Source: Azolla caroliniana
Taxonomy: Eukaryota > Plantae > Polypodiophyta
Reading direction: 5' to 3'
Length of the DNA: 64,000 nucleotides
Assembly: GCA_043228905.1 (NCBI GenBank)
Contig: JBHGNT010000017.1
Location: forward strand, 2,542,001-2,606,000
In this document: piece by piece, positions 55,830-64,000 of the stretch
Numbering within the stretch: position 1 is the stretch's first letter
How the letters are laid out: each line of letters begins with the position of its first letter
Translations under genes and position numbers: made by a program
Notes under the pieces: generated by a model
Seen by the model: only the letters and a program-made list of their open reading frames with translations
Told to the model about the DNA's origin: nothing
Database searches by the model: none

Positions 55830-57507
55830 TGTGAGTCTGTGTTTGGACACACAAAAAGGGCAAGTAGTTTGAAACTTGTAATAATTTTATCCAACCATTA
55901 AACAAAGGGGGTGTCAAGTAGATGGCACATGGCGTGATAGTCTTAGATGGTTCTTTAATTCAGATTTTCCGCTGTCTAAATCGACAGTTGGGTCCTTTAG
56001 TTTTTTTAATGGCATTCTAAGGGCATGGGAAAGTATTCGTCGAGCGTTGGTTTTTTTGCCACCAAAAACAGATCATCAATTAATGCGTCAGCCGTTGTTA
56101 TGGAATCCTTTGTTTACTGATGAAGCGGCATGTGTCTTAGGTTTACGACCTAGGTTATCTTGGGCTGCAATGGATAATGGACCAGCTCATACGGTTGCGG
56201 ATTGGATTGCTTTCCTGCAAACTTCAGTGCAAGACCAAAAGAGTAGGGTGTCTAATTTCAGAGGGGCAAACATTATGATAACTCAAGTGTCAACGGTGTA
56301 TCAGGTAACATTACCAACTTTGAGTTTTGGTCATTGTTTGAATTGGTATGGTATGTTTTCGAGATTAAATATACTAATAGGAGCTCGTCTGTATACTCAA
56401 AATGGTAGACTTTACTTTTATGAAGTTTGCGATAATGGTAGGTTGTTGGTAGTGGAGGAGGAGTCTTCAATTGTGTCTTCTGCCAGGCAGCTGCCAATGA
56501 GAGTAATAGCTAGGTTGGGAAAAAAGATATTTATAGATCCTAATCCACTAATTGCTAAGTATTCATCTCATATATGGGTTTTAAATTCTAGACCAATTGT
56601 TGATTTGCAGTGGGATCCATTAGATTATGGTTGGAAGTTACCAATGTCTGATAGTACGAAAGAGAAAGTTCTTCCATTTTTTGCATATTCCGTGTCACTG
56701 GGTAGGAAGTTTTTGTTAAATGAGATAGAGTCAATTCCGGCAGGAAAAAAATATTGGGAGGAAGGTAATGTCTCATCTACATATATGTTGAAGTTTTGGA
56801 AACACCTTTGGTCGCTTAAATGTATGAACAAGGTATTGCACTTTCGATGGTTAATGATTCATTATGCATTGCCAGTAGGAGCTTTATTGAGGGGAACAAT
56901 ACCTGATCGATCATGTGGTAGGTGTGGCTGGGCATATGAGACATTACATCATGCTTTTTGGGAATGTGTTACGACCAAATGTTTTTGGGCTCGTATTCTT
57001 AGGCTTTTAAGTCGTAAGTATAGGGCTACTAAATTCACGTGGGGTACAATCTTTTGGGGTACGTTGGATCAAGAAACTGTTTTTTATCATTATCATAATT
57101 CATCATTGACTTTACATGTGAAAAGTTTTCAGGTGTACGTTACGAATAGCTCCTTGCAGGGAGTCAAGTTCTTTTCTAGGTGTTATGTTTGGAACGTTAT
57201 TTCCTCGTTGGCCTTATGGATTATTTGGAAAGCAAGGTGTTCTAAAATATATAATGATGAAGATACTAATGTTGTGGATCAAGTTAAATCTTTCTGGGAA
57301 TTATTGGTAAATATAGTTAAAGGTGAATATGATAGCTATAAGGGTTGTGGAAATGGGCCTAACCGGAAAAGAAAGCGACTTAGAAGAGTCTGGTCAACCA
57401 TTCCTATTTTGTTGGATGCAACAGGGGAAGATGTAAAGTGGAATTATGTTCCACCTCGATGGTTGTTTCCGCCACCAGCGCCATTTATATTGAACACAGC
57501 CGTTTAG
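55830..57507 (+). mobile_element. L1-type LINE 3' portion with an open 486-aa zf-RVT region
   Basis: QPLLWNPLF, FWKHLW..KVLHFRWLMIHYALPVG, CGRCGWAYETLHHAFWEC, LWIIWKARC, WNYVPPRWLF. Confidence 0.88.
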
Positions 57508-58610
57508 GATGAGTGCGTGAGGAAAGTGTAAACTGTTTTTGTGTTGTAAATACAGGTTTTCCACGGACATTGGCAACAAGCTAATCGACGAGAGGGCTGA
57601 TGTGGAAAGAAGGAAGAATGTGTAAGAGAAAAGGATGGGGTATGGTGGCGGGGTCATAGTCGACAATCGTGAGTGGGTGGGGAATTTTTACACTAATTTT
57701 TGTTTTTAATACAGGTTTTTCGTCAACAGTGCAAGATGTTAATCGGCAAGAGGGCTGACGTGGACTGAATGAAGAATTTCTTGTTTTGTGATAAGGATGA
57801 GGGAAGATGGCGGGGGGGTCGAAGCCATCTATCATGAGTGAGGAAACTTTGAGATTAACTGTTTTGTTATTGATACAGGTTTTTTCATGGACATTGGTCA
57901 TGACGATAATTGGCTACACGGTTGATGTGGATTGAACGAAGAAATTTTCTGTGTGAAAGTGATAAGGTTGAGTGAAGATGGTGGGGAGGGTGAAGCCGAC
58001 TATAACGAGTGGGTGAGAAAATGTTTACACTAATTTTGTGTTGATCAATACAGGATATGCGTGGACATTGCCACCGTGTTAATTGGTGAGATGGCTGATG
58101 TCGACTGTATGAAGAATTTCTGTGTTAAGGATGAGTGAAGATGGTGGGGAGGGTGAAGCCGACTATAACGAGTGGGTGAGGAAATGTTTACATTAATTTT
58201 GTGTTGATCAATACAGGATATGCGTGGACATTGCCACCGTGGTATTTGGTGAGATGGCTGATGTCGACTGAATGAAGAATTATTGTGTTAAGGATGAGTG
58301 AAGATGGTGGGGAGGGTCGAAGCCAATGTGCAGGAGTGGGTGAGGACATGTTTTAACCTAAGTTTTTGTTGATTATACAGGATATGCGTGGACATTGGAA
58401 CCAGGTTAATCGGTGAGATGGCTGATGTCGACTAAAGGAAGAAATATTTGTGGTGAGGATGAGTGAAGATGGTGGGGAGGGTCGAAGCCAATCATCACGA
58501 GTGGGTGAGGAATTTTTAGACGGATTTTATTCTTATCACAGATTTTTGGGGTTTTTGGGCAATGACGTTAATCGGAGACATGACTGATGTGGGTTAAATG
58601 AAGCATGGTT
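57508..58610 (+). repeat. ~164-bp tandem satellite, ~7 units
   Basis: gagtgggtgagg..tacagg..ggacattg..taatcgg..ggctgatgt..gaagaa..ggatgagtgaagatgg units start near 57511, 57670, 57836, 58007, 58170, 58334 and 58499. Confidence 0.9.
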
Positions 58611-59123
58611 GTGATGAGATTATGGTCTAATCAATGTATGGCTGTTCTGAGTTTCAGCTTGAAGAAGACTACGGCCAAGAAGTAGCAGATTACCTCAATG
58701 GCTTGATTGGAGAGAGCAGTTTTGTATTACCTAAGTGGTACAAAAGGACATTCACAAAGGAAAATTAAAGGCCAAGGAACGGGAACAACTATTGGACAAC
58801 CAGGAATTTGTTTATAGGTTGAATATGGGTATACTAAAGAGCTTCAGTATATGTGGAATCACATTCAGCCAATGTTGGCTGCAACATGATGTTTTTTAGA
58901 GGCCATAACAAATGCCATCTTTATTTGGTCCCTTTTTTTACGATATATACTTATGGAGTGGAAACTATTATGTACAATTTGTAGATTGCCTTTGGCATTG
59001 TTAATTTTAATACCAATGGAGCATATTTTTTATGGAAAAAAAAAAGATGGCACATGGCATGGTGGTCGTGAAGATATGGGCACCAACAAGGAACACCAAG
59101 CAACCAATATACGAAAGGGGGGA

Positions 59124-59395
59124 TTCTCACACACAAATCTATTATCTCCAACCACAAGAGATCCCACATGTGTGCCAAGTCAAGACATGCTTCTCGGTCT
59201 TTATATACTGACGAGTGAAAATAAACAAGGTATTTACGGAGATAGATACCCTATCTCGAGAAAGGGAAGTAACCTTTCTTTCCCCAAAATATCTTACTTC
59301 TCAACCAATTATTATGATGTACTTGGGGCCAAAGAATTAAAACAAATTGATTTATATAGTTATTTGTGGCTTAAATGGTGAATTGATTTGCAAAC
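59124..59395 (+). pseudogene. rpoC1: Nuclear plastid DNA insertion (NUPT): rpoC1 fragment
   Basis: [56 protein letters not shown], followed by a stop; corresponds to the region just after NADFDGD in plastid RpoC1. Confidence 0.9.
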
Positions 59396-59635
59396 GATCA
59401 ACAAACCAAGTAGGATGAAATGCAAGCAAAGGGCAGTTACCTAGTGTGAAACAAACAAACTTACTTTGTCAAAGCTATAAAAGTCACTTTGAAGTGTCTT
59501 TTATAGCTCTTCTGAAATCTTAAGTAAGAGTTTCTCCTAAATTATGATTAATGTACTAAGCCTCCTCTTCTATCTCCCTAATTATAATTAAGAGCTAATT
59601 GAGAGATTCGTGATTGAGGTTAGTAAACCAAACCC

Positions 59636-59699
<64 letters not shown>

Positions 59700-59989
59700 G
59701 GTGTTCAACCTCTATGTATTAAAGAGTGGTGATAATAAAACATTGTCTTTGCATTAACTTATTTTCTCAAGTGTACGAGAAAGTAGAGTGACAGAGGGTA
59801 AGAGAGAGAATAACATTAACCTTGTAAAGCTAAGTAAGCTGGTAACCCAGAGGTATTTGACAAATACCTCCGCTTGATTCACCACCAAAAGGGTATATGT
59901 CGGTCCATGTCCTAGGTCAACAACATCGATGGGAGGTAAAACTCCATTGATTCATAGAAGTGCTCCGTGCGACACATGGAAACGATACA

Positions 59990-61100
59990 AGGGGAGAAAT
60001 AAATAATGTAAGCAACTATTGGAAAATCATAGCCAATTCACTTATGGCAAAGGTGTTTGGATGTATAATGGAAGTGAAGTTAAAAGCATAGTAAAAAAAG
60101 AATGACAAGATTTCTTATGAACAAAAAGCTAATTTTAGAAAACATCATAGCAACATTAATAACTTTTTCACTCTTCAAGTGTTAATGGCTAAAAGTTGTT
60201 TGAAAGGTAAAGTACCATATTGTTTGCTTCATAGAATTCAAGACACCTTTTTACATGGTGACCTATGAGCATTTTTGGATATGGATGGAAGAATTCAAGA
60301 TAGCAAGTGACTATATGTTTGTGGTAAGTACTCGAATCTATGAGAAGGTGATATGCCATATCCTTATGGAGATGGAATTTCAAAAAAAATCGCTAGCACA
60401 CTTTGTGTTAAGCAAAGATACCTATCACCCTCACTTTGACTTATGCATTGATGAATTGGAACAAATGATGAATGAGTTTGTGAAGAAAGAAGGCACTGCA
60501 GAAGTTACCATTTTGAATGTTGTTATCAGCATAAATGATGTTGTGCTTTTTGCAAACACTTTAGAAGATGCTCAAAAGATTATGAATCTATTGGACAACT
60601 TTTGTATCATAGTAAACTGAGAGTCAATACCTCTAAAACAAAGGTTATGATCATGACAACTCAAAACAAGGACAAACTATAAATTTGTAGAATAATGAAC
60701 CACTTGAAACCAGAGAAATCTTCACATATTTTAGAATTGAGTTCCCTAATCTAGATGGAAGGAATGGAGTATAAATTGCTTAGAAGCCGGATGTACTATG
60801 GTGGAGAAATTACTTGCAAAAATAATTAAGATGTGATGATGGAGATGACGGTTGTTCTATGATTATGAAATTAAATGTTGGGTTCTTATTTGCCTCTTTG
60901 ACACGTTGGCAACATCGGGGTGGTGACGTCCTTAAGTCTACTTAGAAAGAGTTTGAAATGTCCAAAAGTTTTTTTCATATAAACATTCTTGAAGTCAAGA
61001 CACAAATGCAATGTATGCTTCAACTTCTTGGTACTAGATCACTTCCCATTGAGATCGTGGCCATGAAAAGTTGATTGAGTGCATATTTAATGCTCAAAAA
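59990..61100 (+). mobile_element. Highly degenerate non-LTR RT fragment, same type as 52870-53850
   Basis: LCIDELEQMMNEF..DVVLFANTLEDAQKIM..VNTSKTKVM, with many stops and frameshifts. Confidence 0.75.
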
Positions 61101-61570
61101 TGTTGAGCATCATGATCAACCTTTCGTACAACACACCCTCGTGTGTAAACACACATGTAAGCTCAACTAAACAATGAGTCGAACTATATAGTTGGAATTA
61201 GTATTGAATGCATATTCTTTAGAAAAAGTACATTTGGAAGTATAAGAGCATTGTTTAGTAGTTGACGCAAGAATATGTGTAAGAGAATGTGTAAGGTCAT
61301 GAGATATTGTTAGAATTAGAGTAGGAAGTAGAACACGTGTTACGTAAGCTCAACTAAAGAATGAGTCAAATTATATAGTTGGATTGGTATTGAATGCATA
61401 TTCTTTAGAAAAAGAATATTTGTAAGTATAAGAGTATTGTTTAGAAGTCGACACAAGAAGATGTGTAAGTTCATGAGATATTGTTAGAATTAGTGTAAGA
61501 ATATGGATACACCATTAGTTGTAAGAATTTATATAAAGCCCCTCTTTCCTAATGTAAATTTGTTGGACAT
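61101..61570 (+). mobile_element. LTR fragment related to the Copia LTR, with an internal ~185-bp tandem duplication
   Basis: Starts tgttgagcatcatgatcaacc (compare tgttgagaatcaagctcaacc). gtaagctcaactaaa..gagatattgttagaattag occurs at ~61157 and ~61344. TATA at ~61530; 3' end uncertain. Confidence 0.6.
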
Positions 61571-62346
61571 TGCCCCTCTAAAGAGCTAGTATGATGGCCT
61601 CACGGGCGGATTCGATGAAGTTGAAAGACAACAATTAGCTTGTCCCTTTGTTGAGTTAGTGGTTGAGTTAGTGGACCTCCACATAAGATGGAACTATCGA
61701 CTCCCTACATGGATTTGTATATAACATTCTCATCTGTAAAATTTTATAACAAATGGAATGAGTTTTTTTCTTGGGGAAAAAATAAATAAATTGTTGGACA
61801 TAATGGAATAACATAATTAGTTTGCATATTCATCATTATGTGCCACCCCCCATTGTGTTAAACATATCGATATGCCATAATGGTTTGTTAATGTTGATCT
61901 AATAATCTAATCAATTACAAAAAACGACCCTCACACCACTTCCTAGGGCTCCACGAGAAGCATGTAAAGTGTGTTTGGTAAATAAATGATGTGGTTAAAT
62001 AAACTCATTTTAATTTTTTCATTAACTTAGTGAGTGCAATGTGGTGAGATAGTTGAGAAAAGTTTGGGCTTCATCACTTAATGTGCCTAGGCATTAACAT
62101 GCTTATGACAAACTAATAATCGTTGTCGAGTTTCCTTGAGTATTCACCTTCATATGCATCTTGAAGACCACTCATAGGTGCACGAGGAAAATTTTAACAT
62201 AGGTTGACCTTTCATGCACACATGTGTATGTGTATGTGTATGTATATGTATATGTACTTGTGAATGTGTCTGTGTTATGTATGTGTATTGGAGAGTGAGA
62301 GGGGTATTCGAGGAAAATTTATGATGGGAGAAGGGTATTTCCAAAA

Positions 62347-63418
62347 GTTTTATTTTTATTTTTTAAGTCAAGATTCACCTTAGTATTAATGAAAAGATGC
62401 ACAAAGGCTACAAAGAATCCATACAATAAATTATTTAACCCTCCTACCGACATCAATCAACATGTCTAGTAGCGGAAGCCCTCATGCATGGTCCTTCCAA
62501 GACAGGGGGCAAAAAAGCCATCTTGGTGGAGCATATCTCCACTTTATTCTATCCCCAAAAAAGGTGAAGACCTCTCCCTTTTTCCAACGAAACACAACAT
62601 TAGGCTCACCAAGTATTGCCTCATATTGGCCTCTTAGAGTATGCAGGAGCATCAACCATATCTCCTTGACTAACTCAACCGCATTCTATTTGACTATCTG
62701 AAATACACACTTACATCTTGCCTTCCATAATACCCAAACTACTAAAGAAGATATCGTAGACCAAACCTTGTCCTCTTCCAAACAACGGATTGGTGTAGTA
62801 TAAGAGGCTTCCAATGCATGTCTTCCATCAAAGAGGAGAAGAAAATCAACATAGTCCCTTTCATAATTCTGTATTTCTTTAGCCAACCTTCCCCATCTCA
62901 CAAAACCCCATGTGTACACCTGTTTACCATAAATAGGATACAAATTCTCAACATTCTTTTCCATACTGCTCTAGCAATAGGACATACCCATAAAACATGG
63001 TGAACCGTTTAACTAGGAAAACCACAACTGTCACATTTTAAATCATGGCAATGCCCCCTCATCCATGACTTCACAGGAATGCCATAATGTACCAACAACC
63101 ATCTAAACAAGACAACTTTTCTAGGAATTTGCATGACCCATAGCCATTTCCAATAAGCATTCAACCAATAGTGTTGTACATTACCCAAGCTCCAAAATTT
63201 ACATGTTGCTAGTGTAACAGCCACACGCCTCCTTAGCAATTCTCTACCCATTTTTACCGATGACTGAAAAAATGGGATTTGCTTACCTAGCATTCCTTGT
63301 GTTGATATGTTTTGCCATTTCCATTCACTGGGATCCCACAAAAGGTGATCATTGGGCTTATTCTCGTAGATCCACAATTCAGATAAACTGTTTATATCAT
63401 TTGGATGTGGATTCAACA
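62347..63418 (-). mobile_element. 5'-truncated L1-type LINE with zf-RVT and A-rich tail, related to the 55830-57507 element
   Basis: LLWDPSEWKW, PFFQSSVKMGR, KVVLFRWLLVHYGIPV, CDSCG..HHVLWVC, VWVLWKARC, WRYAPPRWLF; T-rich tail 62347-62364. Confidence 0.88.
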
Positions 63419-63514
63419 TCCAACCCTAGGCTCAATCCCACGAGTTAGGTGTTAAACTTTTGGGTATTTCCAGAAGTTTAATGCCTAAGTCGTGGGATTG
63501 AGCCTAGGGTTGGA
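63419..63514 (+). other. 96-nt near-perfect hairpin (45-bp stem, 6-nt loop)
   Basis: tccaaccctaggctcaatcccacgagttaggtgttaaacttttgg pairs with ccagaagtttaatgcctaagtcgtgggattgagcctagggttgga; 3 G-U pairs and 1 mismatch. Confidence 0.85.
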
Positions 63515-64000
63515 GCTAAACTGCAAGTTCAACGAGGGTTCAATGATGACGTCAAGTGGTTCAATGCTCTAGTTTCTGAAGCACAAAGTATGTTAGGTTC
63601 CCCATTTTGGGCCAAGTTGATTTACTATTATGGTTTACAATTTTCCTTGGTTATATTTCTCTCATATACATCACATTCAAAGGAGATAAAACAAAGACAA
63701 TTTGAACATCCAAATTTACCAGATAAAAATACATTTTCCCTTTATGACCCATTATTGAGTTTGAGCCTTTGACCTTATCATTCAAGCAGTTAACTCTTGC
63801 CACTCAAGTTACTCCAATTGTTAAAGTTATAACTTGTTTAGGCAACAATACAACCTTGGCCAGGAGGTATATTAAGCCTCGCCAAGATTAAGCCGTGTGC
63901 TCAATTTTGCACAAACTTGAGTTGACACACTTTTAGTGTTTCCTTTTATGTTCCTTGACATTGATCCTCTGTTCACATCCTTTTCACTTTATTTAATTAA

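Noticed and set aside
59975-59995. U6-like words tggaaacgatacaa
   Set aside because: Match too short and does not extend on either side.

Overview
Eukaryotic land-plant nuclear DNA, AT-rich with short GT-AG introns. It is probably a fern, judging from the style of a PLS-type PPR remnant and an rpoC1 fragment (inference only). Five apparently intact protein genes: a MOS1/BAT2_N-like gene (10576-15389 +), a two-LIM-domain gene (18468-20315 -), a CBP/p300-type HAC histone acetyltransferase (28643-35955 +), the PRP43/DHX15 helicase (43312-47096 +) and a 58-aa STMP1/DUF4535-like gene (50118-50294 -). Also present: tRNA-Leu(UAG), a 3'-truncated U6 retrocopy, an AP-4 epsilon pseudogene, a PPR remnant, a plastid rpoC1 insertion, several LINE fragments, an internally deleted Copia element with both LTRs and TSD, probable solo LTRs and many tandem repeats. 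The most unusual signals are: (i) a ~210-bp element with two convergent tRNA-like Pol III heads, found as a monomer and as a tandem array hit by the Copia; (ii) two miRNA-like hairpins; (iii) a splice-site-rich PRP43 intron that looks autoregulatory; (iv) a repeated aromatic-x-[P/V/A]-K motif in the MOS1-like protein; (v) a ~164-bp satellite starting at a LINE stop codon. Family assignments come from recalled sequences and no searches were run. Exon limits were read by eye.
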